Source of the DNA: the human T2T-CHM13v2.0 reference genome, Homo sapiens
Reading direction: 5' to 3' (one strand)
Assembly (NCBI RefSeq): GCF_009914755.1
Contig: NC_060929.1
DNA: 64,000 nucleotides
Shown: in pieces, positions 29,355 through 46,210 of the stretch
Layout of the letters: each line of letters begins with the position of its first letter
Position numbering within the stretch: position 1 is the stretch's first letter
The notes under the pieces: model-generated
Databases searched by the model: none
Seen by the model: the letters and a program-made list of their open reading frames with translations, nothing else
What the model was told of the DNA's origin: nothing
Program-made: the position numbers and the translations under genes

Positions 29355-31749
29355 TGATGTGGTTTGGCTCTGTCTCCCCACCCAAATTTCATGTTGAATT
29401 GTAATCTCCACATGTTGAAGGTAGGGCCTGGTGGGAGATGACTGAAACATGGGAACAAACATCCCCTTTGCTGTTCTTATGATAGTAAGTTCTCATGAGA
29501 TCTGGTTGTTTAAAAGTGTGTGGCACTTCCCCCCTTCGCTCTCTCTCCTGCCACCATTAGAAGAAGGTGCTTGCTTCCCCTTTGCCTTCCACCATGATTA
29601 TAAATTTCCTGAGGCCTCCCAGTCATGCTCCCTATTAAGCCCATTGAATGATGAGTCAATTAAACCTCTTTTCTTTATAAATTACCCAGTCTCAGGTAGT
29701 TCTTTATAGCAGTGTAAGAAGGAACTAATAAAGAAAATTTGTACCAGGAGTGGGGTACTGCTATAAAGATACCTGAAAATGTGGAAGCGACTCAACTCTG
29801 GAACTGAGTAATAGGCAGAGATTGAAACAGTTTGAAGGGCTCAGGAGAAGACAGGAATATGTGGGAAAGTCTGGAACTTCCTAGAGATTTGTTGAATGGT
29901 TTTAACCAAAATGCTGATAGTGATATGGACAATGAAGTCCAGGCTGAGGTAGTCTTAGATGGAGATGAGGCACTTATTGCAAACTGGATTAAGGGTAACT
30001 CTTGCTATGCTTTAGCAAAAAGACTGGTGGCATTTTGCCCTTGCTCTAGAGATCTGTGGAACTTTGAACTTGAGAGAGATGATTTAGGGTAACTGGAGGA
30101 AGAAATTTCTAAACAGCAAAGAATTCAAAATGTGACCTGGCTGTTTCTAAAAGTATTTACTCATATGCATGAATTAAGAGATTATCTGCAACTGGAACTT
30201 CTATTTAAAAAAGAAGTGGAGCATAAAAGTTTAGAAAATTTGCAGACTGGCCATGTAGTAGAAAAGAAAAACCTATTGGCTAGGGAGAAATTTAAGCCTG
30301 CTGCAGAAATTTACATAAGTAAAGAGGAGCCAAATGTTAATAGCCAAGACAATAGGGAAAATGTCTCTAGGGCATTTCAGAAACCTTCAAGGCAGACCCT
30401 CCCATCACATGTCCAGAGGCCTAGGAGGGCGAGATGATTTTATGGGCCAAGACCAGGACTGAGATGCTCTGCGTAGCCTCAGGACATGGCACCCTGAGTC
30501 CCAGCCACTCCAGCTCCAGCTGTGGCTAAAACAGTCCAAGATATAGCTTGACCTGTGGCTTCAGAGGGTGCAAGCCCCACGCCTTTGTGGCTTCCACTTG
30601 GTGTTGGGCCTGCGGGTGCACAGAAAGCAAGAATTGAGGCTTGGGAACCTGCACTTGGATTTCAGAGAATGTATGAAAATGGCTGGATGTCCAGGTGAAA
30701 GTCTGCTGCAGGGGTGGAGCCCTCATGGAGAACCTCTACTAAGGGAGGGCAGAGGGGAAATGTGGGGTTGAAGCCCCCACACACAACCCCCACTGGGACA
30801 CTGCGTAGTGGAGATGTGAGAAGAGGGTCACTGCACTGTCCTCCAGACCCCAGAATGGTAGAGCCACCTAAAGCTTGCACTATGCATCTGGAAAAGCCAC
30901 AGGCACACAACACCAGCTTGTGAAAGCAGCCACAGGGGTTATACCCTGCCAAGCCACAGAGGCAGAGCTGCCCAAAGCTGTGGAAGCCCATCCCTTGCAT
31001 CAACATGCCCTGCATATGAGACATGGAGTCACAGGAGATTTATTTGGAGCTTTAAGAGTTAATGACTGACCTACTGGGTTTCTGAGTTGAGTTGCATGGG
31101 GCCTGTAACCCTTGGGTTTTGGCCTATTTCTCTCATTTGGAATTGTAGCATTTACCCAATGCCTGTACCCCCATTGTACCTTGGAAGTACCTAACTTGTT
31201 TTTTATTTTACAGGCTCATAGGCAAAAGGAACTTACCTTGTCTCAGATGAGACTTTGAACTGTGGGCTTTTGAGTTAATGTTGTAATGAGTGAAGACTAG
31301 GGGACTGTTGAAAAGAATAATTGTATTTTGCAATGTGAGAAGGACATGAGATTTAGGAGGGGCCAGCAGGGAATGATATAGTTTGGATTTGTGTCCCCAC
31401 CCAAAGCTCATGTCAAATTACATGAGGGGCCTGCTGGGAGGTGACTGGATCATGGGGGTGGATTTCCCTCTTGCTGTTCTTGTGATAGTGAGTGAGTTCT
31501 CATGAGATCTGGATGGTTTAAAAGTGTGTGGCACTACTTCCCCCTTCAGTCTCTTTCCTGCCAGCATGTGAAGAAGGTGCTTGCTTCCCCTTCACCTTCC
31601 ACCATGATTGTAAGTTTCCTGAGGCCCCCCGAGTTATGCATCCCGTTAACCCTGCAGAGCTATGAGTCAATTAAACCTCATAATTAAACCTTCGTAAAGT
31701 AATCAGTCGCAGGTAGTCCTTTATATCAGTGTGAGAACAGATTAATACA
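29355..31749 (+). mobile_element. Complete THE1D/MSTA-type MaLR element (5' LTR 29355-29732, internal 29733-31373, 3' LTR 31374-31749)
   Basis: Two LTRs starting tgat(g/a)t(g/a)gtttgg; internal starts gaaaatttgtaccaggagtgggg...gatacctgaaaatgtggaagc; purine tract aggaggggccagcagggaa before the 3' LTR; internal ORF remnant EVQAEVVLDGDEALIANW. Confidence 0.93.
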
Positions 31750-33270
31750 ACACATAAAATGTTTTAACTACTCTCTCTAATATTTAATATTATGTAATTA
31801 TTTATACTTACTCAATTTAATCTCTCCTCACAAGTGAAAGGAAGCCTTGTCTATTATTATCTATTCTGGCAAAATTTGGGCCTGAAATATGTAATATTAA
31901 TTACTTCCTATTGGGCTATTCCCCCATCTAGAATGTATTCTTCCCTCTCTCGATGATTGAAATTCCATTTATATTATCATCAGGTTAGTTAGTTTAGGGT
32001 AGTCCTTCTCCATGAAGCCTTCTCAGATATCTGTTATTCCTTTGATTTTTTTTTTTTATCAGAGCTCCTGTTATCATTGGTGCTGTAATAGTCACATTGT
32101 CTTGGAAAGTTCTTAAACTACTTCATATGCATAAAATATTTAGCTTCTCAGTTCTCTCAGCAGCATCCTGTGCTTGGCCTTGGCTGAGCTCATGTTTGAA
32201 CTAGATTTCAGAGTGGCCTTTACAATGATTTACATTTTTCCTATTCTCTTACCTTTAGCAGGTGTTTTCAACTATTATTGATAAATCTTTATTTTAAATG
32301 CTACTTGTTAATAATTTTGAAATTTCTTCATTTTTGAAAAAGCAAAAAAAGAAAAATGACACTTTTTAGTGTGTTGGTTTTCTTTAAAATTGAAAATCTA
32401 GGTTCTGTACTTTATCCCAAAGCAAAAACATTACTCACTGCTTCCTGCACCTTACCCTCTTTGGACATTTTCTAGATTTGTGATTACTTTCTAACTTCCT
32501 TTCTTTTTTTTTTAGTCTGCCTAGATCAATTTTGCAGGTGTCATTCTTTCTCAGGAAAGGTAGCTTTTCATTACTTTACAAGGATGGCAAATGCACAGTT
32601 AAAGCAGAACACTGTGTCATTTTATTAAACACATTAAATGTTACACATCTGCTGCACCCCGTGCTGTGGTGGATGGATACCTTCACCAAGAAAAAATTTA
32701 AGGGAGGGCTGTAGCAGTGATAAAATATGGGAGAAAATCTTTCCTTCACTATTTTCTCTTAAAATTCTAGCTATAGACAGTAAATCACATCTCTACAGTA
32801 GAATCTAGGACTCTCATTACCTTTTCTTTTTCTTTACAAGTCAGGCATTATAAATTTCTTATTTCTCTTTCTAAACACCCTCTTTCTGTTCTCTACCATT
32901 AAAACTTTCTCTGCAGAAAATAGGCTTTCGGGCAGCCTTTTTCTTGTATCAAAACCAGAAATCTAAGCATGGAGTGTCTTAAGAAATCATGCAAATATTC
33001 ACTTGAAAATAGACATTTGTATCTTGCTTTTTGCCAGTATTGTTTATGGTTTATGGTTGGTTTCAAAAAAGATTTGAGACCTATCATACTGTGGACTGAA
33101 AGTATTTTTTATTTTCTGCCTCCTTTCTTTATGTGGAAAGAATCGATGTCTTTGAAAATAAAGAAAAGAGACAGGCCTTTAGCTGTGGGTTTTATATAGT
33201 TCTAGATTTTTCACTATGTCCAAAATTATAGAGAGTTGTTTTAAAAGTCAGCTTCCATCTTGGAGAAATG

Positions 33271-33306
33271 TATGTGTGTGTGTGCATGGGCACGTGTGTG
33301 TGTGTG
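33271..33306. repeat. Interrupted (TG)n
   Basis: tatgtgtgtgtgtgcatgggcacgtgtgtgtgtgtg. Confidence 0.7.
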
Positions 33307-36300
33307 CAATGAGAGGAATTGGCACAGGGGCAGGGGATGGATAGGGGTCTACTTTTCACTCAGTGACAGGCAGAGGAACTGAAATTTGTTTCAGTGTACT
33401 CTTTTATGTATTGACTCTCTCACAAGATTGTCAAAGAGAAGAATTCTACAGCAAATGGTTTGAGAAGCCCAAAATAGGAAGAATGATTTCAGTTGATCAA
33501 AACAGAATGGGATATATTGTATGTGATTAAGCATTCTTTTGATATGGGTTTCCTAAAAGGAACTTGCATTTTTAATTTGTCGGCCCAAACTGCTTGAAAT
33601 CTGGACTGAGTATGTTAGTTCTATGGGCATTTCCTCTGTAGTTGGTTTAGTGATAACTGTCACTTCATCTTTAATTTTTATCCTTTAATGAGGACATGCA
33701 AGTGTGCCTATGGAATTTTCATATTAACGTCAGAGTGATTTAAAATGGATCATAAATGTAAAAGAGAGAAAAAAGTCTGTCTTCTAGACTCAACTTTTTA
33801 TTTAATCCTGTGGCTGGTGACAGAGGAGAGAACCAACTGATAGGGAGATTCAGCTTCTCCTCCAGGCATTTCCTCTGGGGCCTTTGGGGCAGAACCAAGC
33901 ACAGCCATCTATGAATCAGCTTGTCCATTCCTGGGCCACCCAGCATAATTGAAAGCACTGACTCTAGGCCATTTCACCCTTGGGAAGGAATGATGAAGTC
34001 AGGGCTTCTAATAATTGCATCTGATTATTGCCTCCAGTTTGGAGATAGAGAATGAAGCAGAATGAAGGAGAATCTCCGTCCCACATGAGCTCATTTAGAG
34101 CAATAATCATGGAGGAAAGGATCTTTGGTTTGCTTCAGGATTCTTCTTTAATCTATTTTAAACTAAGCAGGTGAAATGTTTGATTTGCAATGTAGGAAAT
34201 CACACTTATATTATGATTGTTATAGTGATCCCATGTACAAACAGTGTAATGGCCAGAAACTACCTAAGTGATGGTCTTTAGGCCATCAGCATTCCCTTCT
34301 TGTCATAGGCAAGGCATACCCAATCTTATGTTGATAAATATTAGGAAGAAGATCTCAAATGAAATGCAGAGCTCAACACAAATGACTACAATGCTCAAGT
34401 AAATGTTGTGTTCCATTTGTGCTAAAATGCTCTTTAGCATTCCAAGAGAAAATAGTAGTAAATTTGGGCTTTGGTTTAAACCATTTTGTGAAAATCTGAA
34501 CTATGTGTAATGGTGATAATTGTCTCCTATTAGCAAAGAGTGAATTGTATTTAAACAATAATTGCAGACAAATGACATGTAAATCAATATATGAAAAGGC
34601 ATCAAGCTGCATACATTATCAATTTCCTGTCTAGCTCTTCTCTAAGTTAATGCTCTGAAAATATGATTTATAGTATGATTATAGTATGAGTCATTCTCTG
34701 AGATATAATAAAGTTTTATAGAATTTTTTAAAGTTTTTATTCTAGTAGTACTGAACAACTGTAAAAATGTGACTATGAGATTATCACAACACTGAATGTG
34801 TTTTAGAGAAATGATGAAAGATGTATATGTAAGAAGTTTCTAAACATCATCTTTTATTTCAGGAAAAAATATTCATTTGTTGGTTAAAAAGTGATATATT
34901 TTATATGAGAAAATAGAAACAATTTTGTTATTTTTACAGATGATTTCAAAATATAAGGCAGGATATGTAGGGACTTGGTGTAGATAATTCAACTCTGCAC
35001 CAGAGGGAAAGAAAAAAATAATGAGAAATAATGTTTGGTCTGCAAGTCAGGTGACTTCAGTGTGGAATTTGTAGTGATCTGAGCCTACAAACTAATTTAT
35101 AAAATTCTTGATGTAATGAAGCCTCTTGTCTAATCAGGCATAATGGCTAAAGTTTGTGGTAATTGTGACATGGTAGTAGAATATAATATCAAGTAGGGAT
35201 GAAGGAAATGAACCATGCTTTAGCACCAGATATTAGCAAAAAAGTGTGAAATTCTCAAGCATTAAATTTGTGTGTTTAGAATGTTCTTGAATGATCTTAA
35301 AGTCAAGAAGACCCCAGCTGACACCTGTGTTGAGTTAAATTAAAACATATTTATACTTCAGCCTATTAAAAACTATAGACAGAAAAATTTTCCTCTCTTG
35401 CAACATGAAAATGATTTTTGCCTATTTAAGATGTGCAAATGAATATTCAAAATAAAAATATATCATCTATGTAACTAAGGGTACAAAAAATGATTAATAT
35501 GGATTTACTATCATCTCAGCTACTGACACCTTGTTTATCTGTAATAATTCTAGCCATTAAATGTAGAAATTAAGTGATGACTTGCCTCAAGAGAAAAAGA
35601 GGCCACAGTTACAATTAATTATTTTATTTTATTTTGTTTACCATTCTGTTAGGTAATGTACTGATTTTATAAGGCATGTGCATGTAGGCGATCTCCCTTA
35701 CATTGACTAGATCATGTTAATTACATCTTTTCTCTTAAAACAGTTCTAATGTTTCTACATTTGTGAAATACATGCTGTGTATTCAGACTAAGAGGAAGAA
35801 TGGCAAACTGTGATTAATGAAAGACTCTCCTTACACAATAATAAAACATTAGTGTTCTTTTAAATCAGGGATAAGAAAAAGATGTCCTAAAATCAATATA
35901 GTACTGAGTATGCTAGAAAATACAATAAGAGATAGAAAGAAGAACAGAGAAATTGAAAAGTCAGAGACAAAACAGTGCTTATTTACAGATTATATAACTT
36001 ACATATCAACCCCAAGATAATTTACACATAAACTATTAACATTATTAAGAAAGGTCCACAAGATTGCAAGTTCTGTGATTCAGGTAAAAAATTATCAATA
36101 TTCCTACATACCCACAGTAACCAATTAAAAATAATAATAGAAATGAGATTATATTAGAAAAATAGTAAAAATATAAAGGAATGTATCTAGTAAAATATAT
36201 GCAAAAACTGTATAAAGCAAATTATAAAGCATTTTGGGAATATAAAAGTAGAACACTTCAAGTTGATAATTAAAGTCAATGTGATTTCAGTCAAAATCAC

Positions 36301-36773
36301 AATTTAGTTTTTCCACAAGACATAAACTAATTGTGAATTTCATACAAAAGGAAACAAGATGGAGTAGATGAATGTCTCTCTATTCCTACTACTGAATACA
36401 ACCAAAACTCTGTATATTATACATAAATCAAATATAAGATGACTCAGAAATGTAGAGAGAAGAGAGGCTGGCTAATAATGTCAGAAAATGATGAAACTTA
36501 TGGTGGTGTGTTCCTAAGGTTTTCTTTTTTAATCTCATGTATCCTGGACTGGGTAATGGAAAATCCTTTAAGCTAGAAATGCCCAGTAGGTACAGAACAA
36601 CAGCAACAAAAAGCCCACAAAAGCCTGCTTCCTCCAATCAAATGATTAGGAAAACAGCAGCATAGCACTCCAGAATAAAGCTGTAGTCCTCCTACCCTCA
36701 TCATCCATCATAACCATGAAAATTAAAAAGACTGCCAAGACTAGAAGATTGTTGAATGAGTAGAAAGAACGCT

Positions 36774-37131
<358 letters not shown>

Positions 37132-37307
37132 TCAAACTCTCATCTGTTGCTAATGAGAGTGCAAGCTGATTTATTTTAGATAGCAATTTGGCAATATTTA
37201 GTGAAGCTAAAGATGGACATATGCTTTCACATGGCAATTCTAGTTTTAAGTGTATCACTAGTTAATAACTAATACCTATAAAAGAATATTTATTCTAGCA
37301 CTTTTAG

Positions 37308-37400
37308 TGTAATGATTAATTTTATGTATCAGCTTGACTGGACCACAGGGTGCCCAGATATTTGATTATTGTATGATATATGATATGATATGATATTGAT
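37308..37400 (+). mobile_element. MLT2 LTR 5' stub followed by (ATATG)n
   Basis: tgtaatgattaattttatgtatcagcttgactggaccacagggtgcccagatattt. Confidence 0.75.
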
Positions 37401-37536
37401 TATGTGTATTCTGATGTGTATAATAACAATAAAAACAGACCAAATTTAGAAGGTGTTAGAAAAGAATTTGAGGAATGTTATTCAGAGGTCTTTACTTACA
37501 CCTGCATTGTCTTATTTCTTTAAAAATAATCTAATA

Positions 37537-37827
37537 CAGTTGTCCCTTGGTATCTGCAGAGGATTAGTTCCAGTACCTGCTCCAGCACAGATACCAAAAT
37601 CTATGCATGCATGCTCCAGTCCTGCAGTTGGCCCAAACACAGATACAAAAATCAGCCCTCTTCATCCATCCCTTTTATATCTCATGATACTGTATTTTCA
37701 GTGCACTTTTGGTTGCATTCAGGGCTATGAAACCACAGATAGAGAGGATCAAACATATTTATTAAAGAAGAAATGGCAAATAAGTGGACACTTGCAGTTC
37801 AAACTCATCTTGTTCAAGGGTCAACTG
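37537..37827. mobile_element. Tigger3-derived (MER8-like) Tc1/mariner-pogo MITE
   Basis: TIRs cagttgtcccttg / caagggtcaactg flanked by TA target duplications (37535-36, 37828-29). Confidence 0.88.
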
Positions 37828-37949
37828 TACCCAGAATGTCTAAATGTGGGAATAATGGGCTTGGAAATAGATGCAATGAAGTTCAGCTGAAGACAAAATA
37901 TCAGAATATAGAGCAGAGCAGTGGCCCATGAAATAGTGTTAACAGTTCA

Positions 37950-39835
<1,886 letters not shown>

Positions 39836-40386
39836 TCACAACTTGCTCTATTTAAATATCTTCCAACTTTGTTTCACAGAGTGATTGTGAATTATCTTCC
39901 ACTGTCAAATAATAATACTGTAATACTATAATATGAATTCTCTCAATTGTACTGTATGAAAGTGGTGACCACTGACATAGAGACCACTGTCATGCTAATC
40001 TAGATGCTCACTTGGCCTCACAGAGTTTTAACTCCAAAGTCAAGTGAGTAAAACCTCAGGCAAGATACCCTGAAAACTCTTGTCTACAAACAAAGTAGCG
40101 GGCAGGGAAGCTGAGTTGAGGAAATATACTGGTCGGCCTCATCTCAAAAATTCAGGGCATGTAAGCACCTTTATGGGATTGGATTTGAACACTTTTCTTT
40201 CCTTTGTCACTCATTCATAACAACTGGTTTTTGAAAGGCTTTGTGCTGTTCCCTTAGCCATTGCTAGGCCATTTACCCAAGACATAGTTGGGACATTCAG
40301 TAGAATAAAGACAGCCATGATTTGGGAAACATCAGTAGTTTTGAAAAGAAAATGATCAGGTAGGACTAAATACACCCTTTTTCCCC

Positions 40387-40603
40387 CTACTTTTATCAAT
40401 AAATCTTTCAAAATTACACATTCATACACTTAGAATGATTTTAAATTTTATATATTTGTCTAGCCATTCAAAATCTTTTGGATTTTTTCTCTACTTTTAT
40501 CAATAAATGGGATCTTTCAAAATTATACATTCATACACTTAGAACACAGAATGTTTTTAAATTTTATATATTTGTCTAGCCATTCAAAATCTTTTGGATT
40601 TTT
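40387..40603. repeat. Two-copy tandem duplication (104 bp and 113 bp units)
   Basis: ctacttttatcaataaat...ccattcaaaatcttttggattttt occurs at 40387-40490 and 40491-40603. Confidence 0.95.
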
Positions 40604-41669
40604 GTTTTCCATCATATCCACAAAAATATGAAATTAAAATACAGTCTGCAATTTAATTGAACATGGGCATAATAACCACCAATAGCTGGATTAAATATGC
40701 CATATATATGGAAAGAATGAATACAAATATGATTCATTTGTGTGACTTTGCTATTATATGTTTGTTTTGAGTTTAAGAAACATCATTCATGCGATTTTGT
40801 GGTAATCTAGAAGGCTGGTGGAAGAAGATTGCAATGGTGACGAACAAAAAATAAATAGAAAGACAATATCAAGCTGACAAAGAGCAACCCAAAACATTTT
40901 TTTACATTCTTTTCAAAGGTTCTTCTTTTCTGTATAAAATAAATCATCAAGTGAAAAATTGGCTGCTGACAAATCTTAATTCTAGAAGCAGATAGAGTAA
41001 AGAAAAAGCTAAAATGTTTTAAAGGCTATAAAAATTTACAAGCCATCTTGGCTACTATCAGAAAAGCCACAGTGTTATTTTCATATGTTCAATGTCAGTA
41101 TGAAGTTAATTAATTACGTTATTCAACCAGGATCATCATTTCAATAAAACAGGAAATTCATCAATTTTTACTCTTGAATCATTGATGAGATCAACTATTT
41201 GCTGAGAATATTAAAGAAGAATTTAAAACAACTTGTTTTGAGATTTGTTTTAAAAAATTCTGTTTTTTTTTAATGGCAGCTGTGATTTAAGATTGCACTC
41301 TTTTCGATTTATTTATATTGGAGTGAGTTCACCATCATGTGGGCAAAACTAACTCCACAGCCATAAATGTCAAGCTACACAACTTAACCACTTATTTTCT
41401 CTGTGGAATAATGTTGCTCTCTTCTTTCTTGCAGCTTAGGCTTTCTATAAATATATGTGTAAACAGCCTTTGTATATTATGTCTCTTCCTGTTTTCTGAG
41501 TTTTCTAAAAAAAACATTTTTCCCCATAATCCATGAAGTTACTGAGTTGAAAGAAGTCTTCATGGTGGATGACACTAAATGTTCTTTCCACAGAGCAATG
41601 TCATTAGGAAATTCAGGGACTCTTCTAGAGTTTAGAGAACATACAATTAAAATTGTAGTAATCTGGAAA

Positions 41670-42420
<751 letters not shown>

Positions 42421-42525
42421 AGATAAACTAAGAAATGCAATCAATTCATTATCCAGAAAGACATTCAAGGATTGATGGATAAAGTAGATTTAGATGCCAT
42501 TTTTATCTGTTCAGATATATTTATA

Positions 42526-42928
42526 TGTCAGTCAGGATAGGCTAGGCTATGCTACAATAACAAACAATTCCCCTGACAAATATCCATGGCTTAAAGCCCA
42601 AAGTTTATTTCCTTCTCATGACAAGCCCATTTTGATTCTGGGCAACTGTCCATGCACTTGTCCTCCATAAACAAGTGTGGCATTGAATATCTATATCAAC
42701 ACATGCTTCCATGGTTACAATGGCAGAGGAAGAGAGAAGAGGTAGAGCCCCAACAAACTAATGTTTCTATCCGAAAGTTACACATGCAAATTTTGTTCAC
42801 ATTTTATTGGTCAAAGCATGTCATATCACCACAGTTCACGTCAGTAGGTTGGGATAGTACAATCCTACCGTATGTCCAGGCAGACACAGAAACTAGGTAG
42901 CAGTGGAACGGCAGTAATGTCAGCCACA
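42526..42928 (-). mobile_element. MLT1 (K-like) MaLR LTR
   Basis: tgtcagtcaggataggctaggctatgctacaataacaaac...tggcttaaa...aaagtttattt...cacattttattggtcaaagc...taatgtcagccaca. Confidence 0.75.
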
Positions 42929-44097
42929 TTAAACAAATTGAATAACATACTTGGCAGAGCTCATTCTTCATTTCATCTTCAGAGAAAATGCTGCTGTGTC
43001 CTGAGAGATGTAAAGGAAATGTAAAGGAGATTTCTTATCCAACTTCTCATATTTTCTGTGGTCACTTGAGAACCATTACAGTTCTGCTGAAATAATACCA
43101 ACTTAAATTCAACAATGCATAATAGTTAAGTGTTATATAAAGTGGTAACAGACTAAGTAGCATTATAAGTAATAGTACAAGAAGGGGCTCTGTGAAATCA
43201 CTGGATACTTGAGATTTATGCAGATTGGCATTTTCATGAAAAAAATAAAGAGATGACCTATAAATAAGAAAAAACCCCACACAGCAGGTAAGAAAAGTTG
43301 CATAAACAAAAGCATGTGTAGGTAGGTATAAACAATAGAAGGGAGGATTATTATTAGTTTGGTGCAGGGGTAAGATTACATAGTAAAGGACAGGTTATGT
43401 GGTGGTGGAACTCAGTAACTGAAAGAACAATTGGAATTGTATTTTGTGGTTAGTGAGGAGACGTCACTGAAAGAAAAACATTGTGCAAAAATACAAAAGT
43501 TCAGTAGTGTTCCTCAATTCACTTATCTAGAAATTAGAAGAGCTGAAATTTAAATGAGTGAACCTAAGTGCAAACATCTGTGCACTTACTGTTACTTTAT
43601 ATTGTGTCTCAGATTGAAGGAGAGGGAAACTAAAGTGTGAAGAATGTTCTAGGATTGTCATGATAAGGGGACTGGAGGCTAGCCATAGGCACACACACAG
43701 AAAAGGATATCTCAAAGGAATACACAGCTTGATTATATGTTCATTCATTTCTCAGAATAAAAGAGTTAACAAAGCTCCCTTTAGTAAATAAAAATTTAAA
43801 GGAATTCCCTGAAATGTGTCTGTCATTAAGGGCAGGTAATGAATAGCTTGAAAAAACACATTCATTTCTTGCTACACCCCCAGGCATTAAGAACTATTTA
43901 AAATATGTTTGCCTTCGAAACACTCTCCACAGACACAATTAAAAACTGCCAATGCAATTTCTGCTAGCACCTGGGGCAGATGCTTTGCAGGTTTCCATAG
44001 AAGTAAGCTTCAGGAAACAGTTTTGTTCTAGAGACCAAAAATGTGTTACTACCCAAGTAACGAAAGTCTTTCTTTGACTTTACCTTTTTGAGCTCTG

Positions 44098-44100
<3 letters not shown>

Positions 44101-44142
<42 letters not shown>
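44101..44142. repeat. Perfect (TG)21 microsatellite
   Basis: Counted directly. Confidence 0.97.
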
Positions 44143-44145
<3 letters not shown>

Positions 44146-44498
44146 TATGAATATACATTTTTATATATGTGCATATATTTGTGTATATTTATTTATAAAG
44201 GACTTTGCCCTTGCATGATGGTTATAATGAAAATAACTAGACACATTTTATTAGAAGAATGAAATGAGCGCAATAGAAATACAGTTTGTTAGTATTTTAA
44301 TATTTTAACTTTAAAATTGCACCTTGAATGCTGCTTTCTAAAATGACGTGTTGAGAGTTGGGAGATCTGGGTGTGTGGCTAATTATGTGTCCATTGTCAC
44401 ACACAGGAAAAGCCACTTTGATGGCCTTAGATAACTCTTGGGGAAACCAGTTGCTGGCAACTGTAAGAGAAAAGTACAGATGAATCTTGATGTTCTCA

Positions 44499-44766
<268 letters not shown>

Positions 44767-44904
44767 TTAAAACATATATGTGCCAGGCTGTTCTAAGCAT
44801 TTTATGACAACTGACTCAGTTTATATTTATACATATATATACATATATAGTTACAATATAAATATATGTAGGAACAATCCATGCTGCCATGGATTCTGCC
44901 ATAA

Positions 44905-45339
44905 TGTTGCAGAATTTTGCTCCTTTGTTCAGCTAAAACTAGGATCTTGTCACATGACTAGGAAGATTTAGGCATGCAGACACGTTGAAGGGTGAATAGA
45001 GCAGGATTTTATTGGGCAAAAAGCAGGGGAAAGGAAGAAAAAAAGCTCAGGAGAGCGAAATTGAGTCTTGCTGACAGGCCTCCCACCTCACAGATTGATT
45101 CCCAGGTCACTATAGGAGCTGGAGAGCAGGTTCCTCCCCTGCAAATGGCATAAATTCCCTGTGGCTCCACCCACTTCCCCCAGCCCACAAGTCTGGCTCC
45201 AGTTTGCTGTGGGCATGCCCAGACAAGTCCTGGGCAGGTTCCCTCGTTTGCACAAAAGCCTCTGATGTAAACATTTGAGGGGCGAGTAGGAGATTCTCTG
45301 GGGACCCCTTTTTATCTGCCTAGGCATTTGGCTGTCTCA
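44905..45339 (-). mobile_element. MER61-family ERV1 solo LTR
   Basis: Minus strand begins TGAGACAGCCAAATGCCTAGGCAGATAAAAAGGGGTCCCC and ends ...GCTGAACAAAGGAGCAAAATTCTGCAACA; 4-bp TSD ATAA/GTAA. Confidence 0.82.
45211..45230. promoter_or_regulatory. Candidate p53 response element (perfect RRRCWWGYYY x2, no spacer)
   Basis: GGGCATGCCC AGACAAGTCC matches all 20 consensus positions and lies in a MER61 LTR; binding is not demonstrated. Confidence 0.75.
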
Positions 45340-45726
45340 GTAACAAAATATCATAGACAAGGTGCTTAACCAACAGAAATTTATTTTCGATCACTTCTGA
45401 AGTCTGGAAGCCCGAGATCATCGTGCCAGTATGGTCAGATTCTGGGGAGGGCTCTGTTCCTGCGTGGTAGATGTGTGTTCACATGGCTTTTCCTTGTTGT
45501 GTGAATGAGGTAGGGAGGAGAGGTAGAGAAAGAGAAATGGAGAGGGAAAGAGAGAGTTTTCTTATGTACCTTCTTATAAGGGAACTAATTTCATCATGAG
45601 GTTACTACCCTCATGACCTCATCTAACCTTAAGTAACTCCCAAAAGCTCCATCTCCAAACACTATCTTATTGGGGTTTGGAGAATCAACATACCAATTTT
45701 GGAGGAACGCAATTCAGTCCATAGCA

Positions 45727-45840
45727 CCTGTGAACCAGATACTATTATTACACACATTTTAAAATTGAGAAACAAAGTCACAAAGAGCTTAAATAACTGA
45801 ATTGGGGCCACAGAACTTGAAATGGCAGAAATGAGCATAG
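45727..45840 (-). mobile_element. MIR continuation (other part at ~44775-44880)
   Basis: atactattattacacacattttaaaattgagaaac...; left piece tatgtgccaggctgttctaagcatttta...aacaatcc. Confidence 0.65.
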
Positions 45841-46210
45841 TTAATGGTCTTTAAAAAATTTCTATGATACTTTTCTGAATCTGTCTAACTTCCAAAACAT
45901 GTTCTTGATAGAGATATATTAGCTGCTTCCCATTCATATACCTTTCAGAACACCAGCAGGAAAAAATAAATAATAATGAAAATTACAGTCTTACAAATAT
46001 GAATCAACATAAGAGTAATTTCAAATTGAAGAGGAGCAACCCATGTTTTCATACTTATGAAATTATTTTAAAGCATACGTTTACATTTTTAGAACAAATA
46101 TTTAAATTTTAAAGAAATCAATATAAAGGACTATAAATAATGTATTACCACCTTTGACTAAAATTCTGTTGTATATTTAGAATAATCGGGAATATATAAA
46201 AATCATTTGA

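Larger units (their letters stand above)
44882..45726 (-). mobile_element. MLT1A/B-like MaLR LTR split by a MER61 LTR (pieces ~44882-44904 and 45340-45726)
   Basis: ctgcc(a/g)taa|caaaatatcatagac...caacagaaatttatt...ccctcatgacctcatctaacc...aattcagtccatagca. Confidence 0.8.

Noticed and set aside
29832-31069. Overlapping 60-120 aa ORFs (similar ones at 51556-52365 and 56952-57954)
   Set aside because: Decayed MaLR internal ORF and its antisense frames; the same peptide motif recurs in two elements because they are paralogous repeats.
37453-37890. 145-aa ORF
   Set aside because: Reads through a non-autonomous Tigger3/MER8 MITE, starts at GTG and shows no transposase motifs.
40387-40603. Repeat units considered as a CRISPR-like array (also 60814-60894)
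   Set aside because: Only two copies, no spacer series, no cas genes, and a eukaryotic context.
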